Assembly (NCBI GenBank): GCA_963512955.1
Contig: CAUPOP010000010.1
Span: 14,157-78,156 of the forward strand
Length of the DNA: 64,000 nucleotides
Reading direction: 5' to 3'
Source: an uncultured Flavobacterium sp.
Lineage (GTDB): Bacteria > Bacteroidota > Bacteroidia > Flavobacteriales > Flavobacteriaceae
The position numbers were made by a program, and so were the translations under genes. Below the pieces are notes generated by a model. The model was not told the origin of the DNA and searched no databases. It worked only from the letters and a program-made list of their open reading frames with translations. Positions 41,324 through 53,021 of the stretch are shown here, piece by piece (position 1 is the first letter of the stretch; the number at the start of each line of letters is the position of its first letter).

Positions 41324-42811
41324 CTAAACTAGAAACCATTTTTTCACTAAATCATCTTCGAATGGAGTTGCTTGTTTGTGAACAAATTCATTAGTTTCTT
41401 TATTATAATCATAATCTAAAGCCCAAGTTTTATGATTTTCAGCTAATGCTTTAATGCCATTGCAAACAAATTCAATTTCTGCATTTGTAGTAGTTGGATG
41501 AATCGACATTCTAATCCAACCCGGTTTTCGGATTAAATCTCCCAAACTTATTTCGTCTATCAATTGATGTGAAGTCTCTTGGTCAACATGCAAAAGAAAG
41601 TGCCCATAAGTGCCCGCACAACTACATCCTCCACGTGTTTGAATTCCAAATTTATCATTTAGTAATTTTACCCCAAGATTGAAATGCAAATCCTCTACAA
41701 AAAAAGAAATCACTCCCAATCGATCTCGATGTTGACCTGCTAGAATTTTAATATCAGGAACATTTCCTAATGCTGAAAAAACATAATCTACAATTTCATG
41801 TTCCCGTTTCAAAATATTTTCAATTCCCATTTTCTCTTTCAACTGAATCGCTAAAGCTGTTTTTATAACTTGAAGAAAGCCTGGCGTACCTCCATCTTCT
41901 CGATCTTCAATATTGTCAATATATTTATGCTCTCCCCAAGGATTTGTCCAAGAAACGGTACCACCACCAGGACAATCAGGAATCATATTGTTGTATAATT
42001 TTTTATTAAAAACTAAAACTCCAGAAGTTCCAGGTCCACCTAAAAACTTATGCGGTGAAAAGAAAATAGCATCTAAATACGATTCGGAATCTTCTGGATG
42101 CATATCTATTTTTACATACGGACCTGAGCAGGCAAAATCTACAAAGCAAACTCCGTTATGGTTGTGCATTAATTTTGCAGCTTGATGATAAGGCGTTCTA
42201 ATTCCTGTAACATTTGAACAGGAAGTTATTGAAGCAATTTTTAGTGCTCTATCTTTATATTTCTCTAATAAAAAAGCCAGATTTTCTAAACTAAACAAGC
42301 CGTCTTCATCAGATGGAATCACTTCCACATCAGCAATAGTTTCCAACCAAGATGTTTGATTAGAATGATGTTCCATGTGAGAAATAAAAACAATCGGTTT
42401 TTTCTCGGCTGGAAGATGCATAAACTCATTCAAATTTTCAGGAATTTTCAATCCCAAAATACGTTGAAATTTATTGACAACTCCGGTCATTCCAGTTCCA
42501 TCAGTTATCAGAACATCATCAATAGCTGCATTTACATGCTGCTTAATTATACCTCTAGCTTTATGATATGCCTTAGTCATTGCCGTTCCTGAAACCGTAG
42601 TTTCAGTATGTGTATTGGCCACAAAAGGGCCAAACTCATTCATTAGTTTTTCTTCAATAGGACGGTATAAACGACCACTTGCTGTCCAATCGGTGTAAAT
42701 TATTTTTTTTGGTCCATAAGGAGTTGGAAACTCTTGATTAACGCCTATAATATTATTTCGGAATTGTTCAAAATAATTTTCTAATTGAGTTGGAGTAGCT
42801 TCGGGGGTCAT
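41324..42811 (-). CDS. aminotransferase class V-fold PLP-dependent enzyme
   Basis: 495 aa; FSPHKFLGGPGTSG (PLP-Lys motif); cysteine-desulfurase-like fold. Confidence 0.75.
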   Translation of the reverse strand: MTPEATPTQLENYFEQFRNNIIGVNQEFPTPYGPKKIIYTDWTASGRLYRPIEEKLMNEFGPFVANTHTETTVSGTAMTKAYHKARGIIKQHVNAAIDDVLITDGTGMTGVVNKFQRILGLKIPENLNEFMHLPAEKKPIVFISHMEHHSNQTSWLETIADVEVIPSDEDGLFSLENLAFLLEKYKDRALKIASITSCSNVTGIRTPYHQAAKLMHNHNGVCFVDFACSGPYVKIDMHPEDSESYLDAIFFSPHKFLGGPGTSGVLVFNKKLYNNMIPDCPGGGTVSWTNPWGEHKYIDNIEDREDGGTPGFLQVIKTALAIQLKEKMGIENILKREHEIVDYVFSALGNVPDIKILAGQHRDRLGVISFFVEDLHFNLGVKLLNDKFGIQTRGGCSCAGTYGHFLLHVDQETSHQLIDEISLGDLIRKPGWIRMSIHPTTTNAEIEFVCNGIKALAENHKTWALDYDYNKETNEFVHKQATPFEDDLVKKWFLV

Positions 42812-42901
42812 TTTTGTTTTATTTTAATTCAAAGATATTGTTTTTTTGACGGATTGAAAAATTAGATTCTGTAAATATTTAGCTTCAAAAACATTGGTTT
42901 A

Positions 42902-42941
42902 ATAAAAAACAAACCCCTTCAAAATAGTAATGAAGGGGTTT
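42902..42941 (-). terminator. rho-independent terminator of glmM
   Basis: On the minus strand AAACCCCTTCA-9 nt-TGAAGGGGTTT followed by GTTTTTTATT. Confidence 0.75.
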
Positions 42942-42963
42942 AGGATTTAAACAGAAAACATTT

Positions 42964-44352
42964 TTAAATTCCTGCTATTGCTTTAATTTCATCAATTATT
43001 CTTAATGCTAAAGAATCTGCTTTTTCTTGTGAGGAAGCTTCTGTATAAATACGAATAATTGGTTCTGTATTTGATTTTCTTAAATGAACCCAATTTTCAG
43101 CAAAATCAATTTTAACACCATCAATTGTTGTAATATCTTCATTTTTGTATTTTTCGGTCATTGCAACAAGAATTGCATCAACATCAATTTGCGGAGTTAA
43201 TTCAATTTTATTTTTACTCATATAATACTCGGGATACGAGGCGCGTAAAGCCGAAACTGAGATTTTTTTGTTTGCCAAATGAGTCAAAAACAGCGCCACT
43301 CCTACCAAACTATCACGACCATAATGCAATTCTGGATAGATAATCCCACCATTTCCTTCACCACCAATTACAGCGTTATTCTTTTTCATCAAATCAACAA
43401 CATTAACTTCTCCTACTGCACTCGCTTCGTAACTTCCCTGATGTGTATTTGTCACATCGCGCAAAGCACGTGAAGAGGACATATTTGAAACCGTATTTCC
43501 AGGAGTTTTACTCAATACATAATCCGCGCAAGCAACTAATGTATATTCTTCGCCAAACATTTCTCCGTCTTCACAAATGAAAGCCAAACGGTCTACATCT
43601 GGATCAACTACAATTCCTAAATCAGCTTTTTCTTTAACAACTAATTCTGAAATATCTGTTAAATGTTCTTTTAGAGGTTCTGGATTATGTGGAAAATGGC
43701 CATTTGGTTCGCAATATAATTTCACTACTTCAACACCCATCAATTCTAATAATTTTGGAATAATAATCCCACCTGAAGAATTAACGCCATCAACAACTAC
43801 TTTGAATTTTGCTTTTTTCACAGCATCAACATCAACTAATGCTAAATTTAAAACTTCATCAATATGAATATCCATATAAGCATCATTTAACATAATAGCA
43901 CCTAAAGAATCCACATCTGAAAAATCAAAAGCTTCTGCTTCTGCTATTTGAAGTATCTTCTCACCTTCAATTCCGTTTAAGAATTCTCCTTTTTCGTTCA
44001 ATAACTTTAAAGCATTCCATTGTTTTGGATTATGAGATGCTGTCAGGATTATTCCTCCTTCGGCTTTTTCTAAAGGAACAGCAACTTCAACCGTTGGTGT
44101 TGTTGAAAGTCCTAAATCAATTACATCTATTCCAAGACCAATTAAAGTATTTACAACTAAGTTATGAATCATTGGACCCGAAATACGAGCATCACGACCT
44201 ATAACCACAGTCAGTTTTTCTTTTCCTGTATAATTTTTTAACCAAGTACCATAAGCCGAAGCAAATTTTACAGCATCAACTGGAGTAAGATTATCCCCTA
44301 CTTTGCCTCCAATAGTCCCTCTAATTCCAGATATTGATTTTATTAAAGTCAT
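42964..44352 (-). CDS. glmM: phosphoglucosamine mutase
   Basis: 462 aa; TASHNP active-site Ser loop, DPDVDR metal-binding loop, GGEGNGG. Confidence 0.85.
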   Translation of the reverse strand: MTLIKSISGIRGTIGGKVGDNLTPVDAVKFASAYGTWLKNYTGKEKLTVVIGRDARISGPMIHNLVVNTLIGLGIDVIDLGLSTTPTVEVAVPLEKAEGGIILTASHNPKQWNALKLLNEKGEFLNGIEGEKILQIAEAEAFDFSDVDSLGAIMLNDAYMDIHIDEVLNLALVDVDAVKKAKFKVVVDGVNSSGGIIIPKLLELMGVEVVKLYCEPNGHFPHNPEPLKEHLTDISELVVKEKADLGIVVDPDVDRLAFICEDGEMFGEEYTLVACADYVLSKTPGNTVSNMSSSRALRDVTNTHQGSYEASAVGEVNVVDLMKKNNAVIGGEGNGGIIYPELHYGRDSLVGVALFLTHLANKKISVSALRASYPEYYMSKNKIELTPQIDVDAILVAMTEKYKNEDITTIDGVKIDFAENWVHLRKSNTEPIIRIYTEASSQEKADSLALRIIDEIKAIAGI

Positions 44353-44470
44353 TATTTATTATTTTAATTGTGGATTATAAATTTTAAATTGCTCACAAAT
44401 ATAATAATTGACAAATTATAAAAGTCATTTAGAATTCAAAATTCATCATTAAAATACCTAATTTAGTCAA

Positions 44471-45055
44471 ATGAATTTTCTAGCACATATCTATCTTTCT
44501 GGCGATAACGATTTGATCAAAATTGGCAATTTTATGGCTGATGGCATTCGTGGGAAACAATATGAAAACTTTCCATTGGATATCCAAAAAGGAATTGTTC
44601 TTCATCGTGCCATTGATACCTATACTGATTCACATCCTGTTTTTAGACAAAGTACGAAACGTTTACACACCAACTATCATCATTATGCTGGGGTCATTGT
44701 TGATGTTTTTTACGATCACTTTCTGGCTAAAAATTGGAATTCTTATTGTAATGAAAAACTTGAAGATTTTGTAGCTCGTTTTTATCAATCATTAGACAAA
44801 AATATCGATGTTCTTAGTGATAAAACAAGAAACTTTATGCCGTATATGATTCAACACAATTGGCTGGTAAGTTATCAAACCGTTGAGGGAATTACCAAAA
44901 TACTCACTCAAATGGATTCTAGAACTAATAATCAATCAAAAATGCGGTTTGCAAATACGGAACTTGTAAAATTTTATTCTGAATTTGAGAATGAGTTCAC
45001 ATTATTTTTTAAAGACCTCCAAGACATTTCATCAGAAAAATTAAAGCAATTATGA
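44471..45055 (+). CDS. acpH: acyl carrier protein phosphodiesterase
   Basis: MNFLAHIYLSGDNDLIKIGNFMADGIRGK...HRAIDTYTDSHP is the typical AcpH N-terminus. Confidence 0.8.
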   Translation: MNFLAHIYLSGDNDLIKIGNFMADGIRGKQYENFPLDIQKGIVLHRAIDTYTDSHPVFRQSTKRLHTNYHHYAGVIVDVFYDHFLAKNWNSYCNEKLEDFVARFYQSLDKNIDVLSDKTRNFMPYMIQHNWLVSYQTVEGITKILTQMDSRTNNQSKMRFANTELVKFYSEFENEFTLFFKDLQDISSEKLKQL

Positions 45056-46734
45056 AAAAAACGATACTATTCCTTTCTATTTCTTTGCTGTTTTCATTCT
45101 CAAATTATTCAATCGCACAAACTGGCTTAATTGCGCAAAAAGGAATGGTCGTTTCTGCTCGTGAAGAAGCTTCAAAAATAGGCATCGAAATCATGAAAAA
45201 AGGCGGAAATGCCTTTGATGCAATGGTTGCAACTGAGTTAGCTTTGGCTGTAGCCTACCCTTATGCTGGAAATATTGGCGGAGGAGGTTTTATGGTTTTC
45301 AGAAAAGCAAATGGCGAAGTTGGCTCTTTAGATTATCGCGAAAAAGCTCCTCTAGCTGCAACAAAAGATATGTTTTTAGACAAAAACAAAAATGTCATAA
45401 AAGGCAAAAGTACAGAGACTCCTCTTGCTATTGGCGTTCCTGGTACGGTAGCCGGAGTATTTGCAGTTCATAAAAAATATGGTTCTCTACCAATGTCTGA
45501 AATTATGAAACCCGTAATTGCATTAGCAGAGAAAGGGGTTGTTGTAACCCAAAAACAAGAAAAAAGATTACACGATTATCGGGATTTAATTATAAAAGCC
45601 AACGGTTCAAAAACAAAATTTGCAACAGTTTACAAGCAGAATGACACAATCAAATATCCCGAACTAGCTGAAACTTTAAAAAGGATTTCTAAAAATGGTA
45701 GAGATGAATTTTATAAAGGCAAAACCGCTAAAATATTAGTCAAATACCTTCAGAAAAATGGCGCTATAATCACTCTAGAAGATTTGGCGAAATACGAAGC
45801 AAAATGGAGAACTCCGTTGCGTTTTGACTACAAAAATTTAAATATAATTTCGATGTCTCCTCCCAGTAGTGGTGGAATTTGCTTAGCCGAAATCATGAAA
45901 ATGATTGCTCCCTATGAGCTCTCTACAATGGGACATAATTCCTCAAATGCTATTCAAGTAATAGTTGAGGCCGAAAGAAGAGCCTATGCCGACAGAAGTT
46001 TTTATTTAGGCGACCCTGATTTTGTAAAAATTCCTTTAAAAGCATTAATGGCAGATGATTATTTAAAACAAAGAATGTTGAATTTTAGTTTTGATAAAGC
46101 AAGCTTATCATCTGATATAAAGGAAGGTAAAGTTTCTTATAATGAAAGCACCGAAACAACTCATTATTCTATAATAGATTCTTTTGGCAATGCTATAGCG
46201 GCAACCACAACTATTAATGACGGTTACGGATCTAAGTATTATTGTGACGAATTAGGTTTTTTCTTAAACAACGAAATGGATGATTTTAGTGCAAAACCTG
46301 GAGAGCCAAATATGTTTGGTTTAGTTGGAAATGAAGCCAATAGTATCGCTCCTCAAAAAAGAATGTTGAGCTCCATGACACCTACAATTGTTGAGAAAAA
46401 TGGAAAACTATTCATGGTAGTGGGTTCACCTGGTGGTTCTACAATTATTACTTCTGTTTTGCAAACCATATTGAATGTATATGAATACGGAATGAGTATG
46501 CAAGAATCCGTGAATGCTCCTCGTTTTCATCATCAATGGCTACCCGATTTGATTACTTTCGAACCCAATACATTTGAACCTAAAACTATTGAAACACTAA
46601 AAACGAAAGGCTATCTTATCAACGAAAAAACAACTCCTGTTATTGGTAAAGTTGACGCTATATTGGTTCTGCCAAATAACAACTTGGAAGGTGGAGCGGA
46701 TTTTAGAGGAGATGATAAAGCCAGCGGATTTTAA
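45052..46734 (+). CDS. ggt: gamma-glutamyltransferase
   Basis: 560 aa, signal peptide, autoprocessing/catalytic Thr context ESTETTHYSIID, GSPGGSTII. Confidence 0.9.
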   Translation: MKKTILFLSISLLFSFSNYSIAQTGLIAQKGMVVSAREEASKIGIEIMKKGGNAFDAMVATELALAVAYPYAGNIGGGGFMVFRKANGEVGSLDYREKAPLAATKDMFLDKNKNVIKGKSTETPLAIGVPGTVAGVFAVHKKYGSLPMSEIMKPVIALAEKGVVVTQKQEKRLHDYRDLIIKANGSKTKFATVYKQNDTIKYPELAETLKRISKNGRDEFYKGKTAKILVKYLQKNGAIITLEDLAKYEAKWRTPLRFDYKNLNIISMSPPSSGGICLAEIMKMIAPYELSTMGHNSSNAIQVIVEAERRAYADRSFYLGDPDFVKIPLKALMADDYLKQRMLNFSFDKASLSSDIKEGKVSYNESTETTHYSIIDSFGNAIAATTTINDGYGSKYYCDELGFFLNNEMDDFSAKPGEPNMFGLVGNEANSIAPQKRMLSSMTPTIVEKNGKLFMVVGSPGGSTIITSVLQTILNVYEYGMSMQESVNAPRFHHQWLPDLITFEPNTFEPKTIETLKTKGYLINEKTTPVIGKVDAILVLPNNNLEGGADFRGDDKASGF

Positions 46735-46743
46735 AAAACAAAT

Positions 46744-47412
46744 ATGAGCTTTATACTTGCATTAGTAAATTCTTATGCCGAAAAAAGGAATCCTGAGAAC
46801 GCCTTTTTCATGGCAAAATACATGAAAAATAATTTTCTTTTTTTTGGAATAAAAACAGACGACAGACGAACAATTTTTAAGGAAATCTGTAAAGAAAATC
46901 AAACGGAAGTTTCTTTACATGCTAGAGAAATTGCCTTAGAATTATATTCAAAACCAGAACGTGAACTTCATTATTGTGCGATAGAAATTCTACTGAAATC
47001 ACTCAAAAAAAGTTATGAAAAAGAAGATATTCAGCTAATTGAAAAATTAATCTTAACCAACTCCTGGTGGGATAGTGTTGACACCATTGCTAAATATATT
47101 TTAGGGCAATATTTATTAGAATTGCCTTTAGAAACAAAAAACACAATTAATCGCTTTTCTAATTCAGAGAATATGTGGCTCAATCGAAGTGCTATTTTAT
47201 TTCAGTTGGGTTATAAAGAAAAAACCAATTTTGATTTACTAAAAGAAATCTGCGAAAAACACCAAAATTCAAAGGAGTTTTTTATTCAAAAAGCCATTGG
47301 GTGGGCGTTGCGCGAATATGCAAAAACAAATCCTGAGGCCGTTAAAAACTATATTAATAACAGCAATTTAAAACCTTTAAGTAAAAAAGAAGGCTTAAAA
47401 AATATAAGATAA
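46744..47412 (+). CDS. DNA alkylation repair protein (AlkD-like HEAT-repeat glycosylase family)
   Basis: FMAKYMKNNFLFFGIKTDDRR..., WWDSVD, QKAIGWALREYAKTNPEAV. Confidence 0.75.
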   Translation: MSFILALVNSYAEKRNPENAFFMAKYMKNNFLFFGIKTDDRRTIFKEICKENQTEVSLHAREIALELYSKPERELHYCAIEILLKSLKKSYEKEDIQLIEKLILTNSWWDSVDTIAKYILGQYLLELPLETKNTINRFSNSENMWLNRSAILFQLGYKEKTNFDLLKEICEKHQNSKEFFIQKAIGWALREYAKTNPEAVKNYINNSNLKPLSKKEGLKNIR

Positions 47413-47451
47413 TTAATATAATAGTACTTTAGCACGCTCATAAAACAAGTC

Positions 47452-49236
47452 ATGTTCAAAAAATTTATTTACAAATTAGAAGGCATCATTGCTTGGTCGC
47501 AAACTAAAATAACTCAAAAGCAATTTATCTTTTTATCTGCTGTTTTGGTAGGTATTTCGGCTGCTTTTGCTGTAATTGTATTAAAAACTTTTGCACACTG
47601 GGTTTTCATGTTTGCCACTTATGTTAGTAGGATTTTGAAGTTTGGATTCTTAAATAGCCTTTTGCCAATAATTGGAATTTTACTGACTGTTTTTGTAATC
47701 AAACGCTTTTTAGGTGGTACAATTCAAAAAGGAACTTCACAAATTTTATATGTTGTTGCTAAAAAAGCGAGCATCATTCCTAGAAAACAAATGTATGCTC
47801 AAATTGTCACTAGTTCCCTTACTGTTGGTTTAGGAGGATCTGCTGGTTTAGAAAGCCCAATTGTAATTACAGGTGCTGCTTTTGGTTCTAATTACGCTCA
47901 AAAATACAAGTTAAGTTATAAAGACAGAACACTCTTAATTGGTTGTGGAGTTGCAGCAGGTATAGCCGCAGCTTTCAATGCACCAATTGCAGGAGTATTA
48001 TTTGCTATCGAAGTTTTATTGGTTGATGTCAGTATTTCTGCTTTTACTCCTATCATGATTGCCGCTGCAACAGGCGCATTAGTTTCTGTAATTGTTCTGG
48101 ATGAAACTATTTTATTATCGTTTAGACAACAACAGGTTTTTAATTATCATAATATCCCATTTTATGTTTTACTGGGAGTATTTACTGGATTTATTGCTGT
48201 TTACTATTCTAGAAATTTTCAGAGAGCAGAACATTTTTTTGGACGTTTAAAACTCCGACCTTATAAAAAAGCACTGTTTGGTTCTTCCATTTTAGCCATT
48301 CTTATTTTTATTTTTCCAACATTATTTGGAGAAGGATATGAAAGCATTAAAATTTTGTCCGAAAATGATCCCGGGCAATTATTGGAAGACACCTTGTTTA
48401 GCAGTTTTAGAAATAACAGTTGGGCACTTTTACTATTTGTAGGTTGCACCATGATGATAAAAGCATTTGCAACAGGAATCACACTTGGAAGCGGAGGAAA
48501 TGGAGGAAACTTTGCACCTTCTTTGTTTTTGGGTTCTTATGTTGGTTTTTTCTTTTCTAAATTTCTAAATTTAACTGGATTCACTAAACTACCTATTAGT
48601 AATTTTACGATGGTTGGAATGGCTGGAATACTAAGTGGTTTATTTCACGCGCCATTAACTGGGATTTTCTTAATTGCAGAAATTACAGGTGGTTACGACC
48701 TAATGATTCCGTTGATGATTGTTTCATCGATTAGTTTTGCAATTTCAAAACGTTTTGAAAAACATTCCTTAGATGTTAAGAATTTAGCTAAAAAAGGACA
48801 TGCTTTTACGAGCAATAAAGACACCAATATTCTTTCTACGTTAGACACAAATTCTATTATTCAAACGGATTATTTAACGGTTACACCAAATGAAAATCTG
48901 GAAAAATTAGTCGATTTAATTTCTCATTCTAATCAAGTTATTTTTGCTGTTGTCGATACAGAAAATCATTTGTTAGGCATTGTCCATTTTAACGATATTC
49001 GAGAAATAATTTTTAACACCTATCGGGTTAAATATACTTTGGTTAAAGAAATCATGACGGAACCTGTAGAAACTGTTTATCCTGATGACAGCATGGAACT
49101 TGTAATGAATAAGTTCGAAAAATCAAGAAAAGCATTCTTACCTGTACTAAAAAACGACAAATATTTTGGTTTTATCTCTAAATCTGTAGCATTAGAGGCA
49201 TACAGAACCAAACTGAAATCAATGACAATCGAATAA
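47452..49236 (+). CDS. ClC-family chloride channel with C-terminal CBS pair
   Basis: GLGGSAGLESP, GVAAGIAAAFNAPIAGVLFAIE, GSGGNGGNFAPSLFLG; the C-terminal ~140 aa are CBS-like. Confidence 0.85.
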   Translation: MFKKFIYKLEGIIAWSQTKITQKQFIFLSAVLVGISAAFAVIVLKTFAHWVFMFATYVSRILKFGFLNSLLPIIGILLTVFVIKRFLGGTIQKGTSQILYVVAKKASIIPRKQMYAQIVTSSLTVGLGGSAGLESPIVITGAAFGSNYAQKYKLSYKDRTLLIGCGVAAGIAAAFNAPIAGVLFAIEVLLVDVSISAFTPIMIAAATGALVSVIVLDETILLSFRQQQVFNYHNIPFYVLLGVFTGFIAVYYSRNFQRAEHFFGRLKLRPYKKALFGSSILAILIFIFPTLFGEGYESIKILSENDPGQLLEDTLFSSFRNNSWALLLFVGCTMMIKAFATGITLGSGGNGGNFAPSLFLGSYVGFFFSKFLNLTGFTKLPISNFTMVGMAGILSGLFHAPLTGIFLIAEITGGYDLMIPLMIVSSISFAISKRFEKHSLDVKNLAKKGHAFTSNKDTNILSTLDTNSIIQTDYLTVTPNENLEKLVDLISHSNQVIFAVVDTENHLLGIVHFNDIREIIFNTYRVKYTLVKEIMTEPVETVYPDDSMELVMNKFEKSRKAFLPVLKNDKYFGFISKSVALEAYRTKLKSMTIE

Positions 49237-49272
49237 ATTGAACTTCTGATTTTAACATAAACTTCTAAACTG

Positions 49273-49307
49273 TTGTATCGAAAGAATAAATCAAAATGGT
49301 AACTTTG
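49273..49307 (+). promoter_or_regulatory. Bacteroidota-type promoter for uvrA
   Basis: TTG at 49273-49275 and TAACTTTG at 49300-49307, 17 nt before the ATG at 49325. Confidence 0.4.
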
Positions 49308-49324
49308 CTTTTTTGCAAAAAACT

Positions 49325-52156
49325 ATGTTAGACAAAGACAATACAATTGAGGTTCAAGGTGCCCGAGTACACAATCTAAAAAACATCGATATTTCTATTC
49401 CTCGCGAAAAACTGGTAGTTATTACTGGTCTTTCGGGTTCTGGGAAATCTTCTTTAGCTTTTGATACCATTTATGCCGAAGGGCAACGCCGTTATGTAGA
49501 AACTTTTTCTGCATACGCACGACAATTTCTTGGTGGACTCGAACGTCCTGATGTGGATAAAATTGATGGTCTTTCGCCTGTAATTGCTATTGAACAAAAA
49601 ACAACCAGCAAAAGTCCTCGTTCAACAGTAGGAACAATAACTGAAATATACGATTTCCTGCGTTTGCTTTATGCTCGTGCAGCTGATGCATACAGCTACA
49701 ATACGGGCGAAAAAATGATTTCTTACTCTGACGAGCAAATCAAAGAGTTGATTATTCAAGATTTTTCAGGAAAACGAATTAATATTCTAGCACCGATTAT
49801 CAGGGCTAGAAAAGGGCATTACGCAGAACTTTTTCAACAAATAACCAAACAAGGATTTTTAAAAGTCCGTGTAAATGGTGAAATTCAGGACTTAATTTCA
49901 GGAATGAAATTAGACCGTTATAAAACTCACGATATAGAAATTGTGGTGGACAGAATGGTTGTTGAAGATACTCCTGACAATCAAAAACGTCTTGCTGAAA
50001 GCATCAATACTGCTATGCATCATGGCGAAAACGTACTAATCGTTTTAGATCAGGATACCAATGAAATTCGCTATTTCAGTAGAAATTTAATGTGTCCAAC
50101 AACTGGTATTTCCTATCAAAATCCAGAACCCAACTTATTTTCTTTCAATTCTCCAAAAGGAGCTTGTAATGATTGTAATGGCTTAGGAACTATAAACGAA
50201 ATCAATAGTAAAAAGATTATTCCAAATCCAAAATTATCGATTAAAAATGGTGGTTTTGCACCTTTGGGAGAATACAAATCTTCTTGGATTTTCAAACAAT
50301 TGGAAATTATCGGCGAAAAGTACGATTTCAAATTAACAGATGCCGTTGAAACTATTTCGGAAGAAGCGATGGAAATGATTCTGAATGGAGGAAAAGAGAA
50401 ATTTGTAATTAATTCAAAAGATTTAGGTGTTGCTCGAGAATATAAAATCGATTTTGAAGGAATTTCACATTTTATCAAAAACCAACATGATGAAAGTGGT
50501 TCTACTTCAATAAAACGATGGGCAAAGGAATTTATGGACGAAGTAAAATGTCCGGTTTGCGAGGGTTCACGTCTGAAAAAAGAAGCCTTATTTTTCAAAG
50601 TCAATGAAAAAAACATTGCTGAATTGTGCGATATGGACATTTCAGATTTGACAGTTTGGTTTAGAGAATTAGAAAATCATTTATCTGATAAACAAAAACG
50701 CATTGCCACCGAAGTAGTCAAAGAAATCAAAGATCGTTTGAACTTTTTGATGAATGTTGGCTTGAATTATTTGGCGTTAAGCCGAAGTTCAAAATCACTT
50801 TCGGGTGGCGAGGCACAGCGCATCCGATTAGCAACCCAAATTGGTTCTCAACTCGTTGGTGTTCTCTATATTCTTGACGAACCGAGCATTGGTTTACATC
50901 AAAGAGACAATGAAAAACTGATTCATTCACTAGAACAATTACGTGATATTGGTAATTCTGTGATTGTTGTTGAACATGATAAAGACATGATTGAACGTGC
51001 TGATTATGTTATTGATATTGGTCCAAAAGCGGGTAAATATGGTGGCGAAATAATTAGCGAAGGAACTCCTGCCGAAATTCTGGCTTCACACACCATGACG
51101 GCGCAGTACTTGAACGGAGAAATGAAAATCGAAGTTCCTGCAAAACGCCGCGAAGGAAATGGTAAATTTCTAAAACTTACTGGTGCAACAGGAAACAACC
51201 TGAAAAATGTTTCGATAGAATTGCCTTTGGGAAAAATGATTTGTGTAACGGGTGTTTCTGGAAGTGGAAAATCAACCTTAATCAACGAAACACTTTATCC
51301 TATCCTGAATGCTTACTATTTTAATGGAGTTAAGAAACCACAACCTTACAAAAAAATTGAAGGTTTAGAACATATCGATAAAGTAATTGATATCGACCAA
51401 AGCCCTATTGGACGAACTCCGCGCTCCAATCCAGCAACCTATACGGAAGTTTTCACCGAAATCCGAAATCTATTTACCATGACTTCTGAAAGTATGATTC
51501 GTGGATATAAAGCGGGACGTTTCAGCTTTAATGTGAAAGGTGGACGTTGCGAAACCTGCGAAGGATCTGGTGTACGAACGATTGAAATGAACTTTCTGCC
51601 AGATGTATATGTTGAATGTGAAACCTGTCAAGGAAAGCGTTTTAACAGAGAAACATTAGAAATTAGATACAAAGGAAAATCTATTTCGGATGTCTTGAAT
51701 ATGACAATTGATGAAGCGGTTCCATTTTTTGAAAACATCCCGAAAATTTATCGAAAAGTAAAAACACTACAAGATGTTGGTTTGGGATATATCACATTGG
51801 GACAACAAAGTACGACACTTTCTGGTGGTGAAGCACAACGTATCAAACTGGCTGGAGAATTGTCAAAAAAAGATACTGGAAATACTTTTTATATTCTTGA
51901 TGAACCTACAACAGGTTTGCACTTTGAAGACATCAGAGTATTGATGGATGTAATTAATAAACTCGTTGATAAAGGCAATACAATTTTGATTATAGAACAT
52001 AATATGGATGTAATCAAACTAGCCGATTATATTATAGATATTGGTCCTGAAGGCGGTAAAGGTGGTGGCCAACTTGTTGCTAAGGGAACACCTGAAGAAA
52101 TTATAAAAATAAAAAAGAGCTATACCGCAAAGTTTTTGAAAAAAGAATTACTTTAG
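49325..52156 (+). CDS. uvrA: excinuclease ABC subunit A
   Basis: Two ABC modules (GLSGSGKSS and GVSGSGKST Walker A; LSGGEAQR signature twice) and zinc modules CPVCEGSR and CETCEG...CETCQG. ATG at 49325 preferred over TTG at 49313. Confidence 0.95.
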   Translation: MLDKDNTIEVQGARVHNLKNIDISIPREKLVVITGLSGSGKSSLAFDTIYAEGQRRYVETFSAYARQFLGGLERPDVDKIDGLSPVIAIEQKTTSKSPRSTVGTITEIYDFLRLLYARAADAYSYNTGEKMISYSDEQIKELIIQDFSGKRINILAPIIRARKGHYAELFQQITKQGFLKVRVNGEIQDLISGMKLDRYKTHDIEIVVDRMVVEDTPDNQKRLAESINTAMHHGENVLIVLDQDTNEIRYFSRNLMCPTTGISYQNPEPNLFSFNSPKGACNDCNGLGTINEINSKKIIPNPKLSIKNGGFAPLGEYKSSWIFKQLEIIGEKYDFKLTDAVETISEEAMEMILNGGKEKFVINSKDLGVAREYKIDFEGISHFIKNQHDESGSTSIKRWAKEFMDEVKCPVCEGSRLKKEALFFKVNEKNIAELCDMDISDLTVWFRELENHLSDKQKRIATEVVKEIKDRLNFLMNVGLNYLALSRSSKSLSGGEAQRIRLATQIGSQLVGVLYILDEPSIGLHQRDNEKLIHSLEQLRDIGNSVIVVEHDKDMIERADYVIDIGPKAGKYGGEIISEGTPAEILASHTMTAQYLNGEMKIEVPAKRREGNGKFLKLTGATGNNLKNVSIELPLGKMICVTGVSGSGKSTLINETLYPILNAYYFNGVKKPQPYKKIEGLEHIDKVIDIDQSPIGRTPRSNPATYTEVFTEIRNLFTMTSESMIRGYKAGRFSFNVKGGRCETCEGSGVRTIEMNFLPDVYVECETCQGKRFNRETLEIRYKGKSISDVLNMTIDEAVPFFENIPKIYRKVKTLQDVGLGYITLGQQSTTLSGGEAQRIKLAGELSKKDTGNTFYILDEPTTGLHFEDIRVLMDVINKLVDKGNTILIIEHNMDVIKLADYIIDIGPEGGKGGGQLVAKGTPEEIIKIKKSYTAKFLKKELL

Positions 52157-52207
52157 TTTTTAGATAAAGTAAATGACTAGAAATAGCTCCAAAAAAACAT
52201 AAAAAGA

Positions 52208-52936
52208 ATGAGATTAGAAGATTTTGATAACGATGAAGATAAAGTAATCCAAGACAAATTAAAGCGTAAAACTTGGAATGAAATCAGAACTAATGATAGC
52301 TGGGCGATTTTCAAGATTATGTCTGAATTTGTCAATGGTTATGAAAATATGGGACGAATAGGTCCTTGTGTTACCATATTTGGATCTGCTAGAACAAAGC
52401 CAAATGACCATTATTATTTACTTGCCGAAAAAATTGCATACAAAATCAGTAAAGCTGGATATGGTGTAATCACCGGAGGTGGACCTGGAATTATGGAAGC
52501 TGGAAACAAAGGTGCGCATTTAGGCGGAGGAGCTTCGGTGGGTCTGAATATTGAATTGCCTTTTGAACAACATTTCAATCCCTATATTGACCATGATAAG
52601 AATCTGAATTTCGATTACTTTTTTGTCAGAAAAGTGATGTTTGTCAAATATTCGCAAGGATTTGTAGTCATGCCTGGAGGTTTTGGAACTATGGATGAGT
52701 TATTTGAAGCTATGACTTTGATTCAAACCAAAAAAATTGGAAAATTCCCAATTATATTAGTAGGTTCGAGCTTTTGGTCTGGCTTAGTAACTTGGATAAA
52801 AACAGTTTTAGTAGAAAGAGAACATACGGTAAGTGCCGCTGATTTAGATTTATTTGTAATTGTAGATACTGAAGAAGAAGTAGTTGCTGTTTTAGATAAA
52901 TTCTATAAAAAATACGATTTAAGTCCGAATTTTTAA
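52208..52936 (+). CDS. LOG-family (TIGR00730) Rossmann-fold nucleotide-binding protein
   Basis: ITGGGPGIMEAGNKGA and PGGFGTMDELFE motifs. Confidence 0.85.
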   Translation: MRLEDFDNDEDKVIQDKLKRKTWNEIRTNDSWAIFKIMSEFVNGYENMGRIGPCVTIFGSARTKPNDHYYLLAEKIAYKISKAGYGVITGGGPGIMEAGNKGAHLGGGASVGLNIELPFEQHFNPYIDHDKNLNFDYFFVRKVMFVKYSQGFVVMPGGFGTMDELFEAMTLIQTKKIGKFPIILVGSSFWSGLVTWIKTVLVEREHTVSAADLDLFVIVDTEEEVVAVLDKFYKKYDLSPNF

Positions 52937-52941
52937 ATAAC

Positions 52942-52985
52942 AAAAATGGCTTCAAAATATTTTATTTTTTGAAGCCATTTTTATA
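52942..52985 (+). terminator. rho-independent terminator
   Basis: AAAAATGGCTTCAAAA-9 nt-TTTTGAAGCCATTTTT. Confidence 0.75.
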
Positions 52986-53021
52986 TAAAAATCATTCTAT
53001 TTTTAGGCAATAAAACGTATA

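Noticed and set aside
44523-44774. 83-aa alternate-frame + strand ORF inside acpH; likewise 55381-55581 inside the 53022 gene.
   Set aside because: Both are embedded in genes with clear family signatures and have no independent signals.
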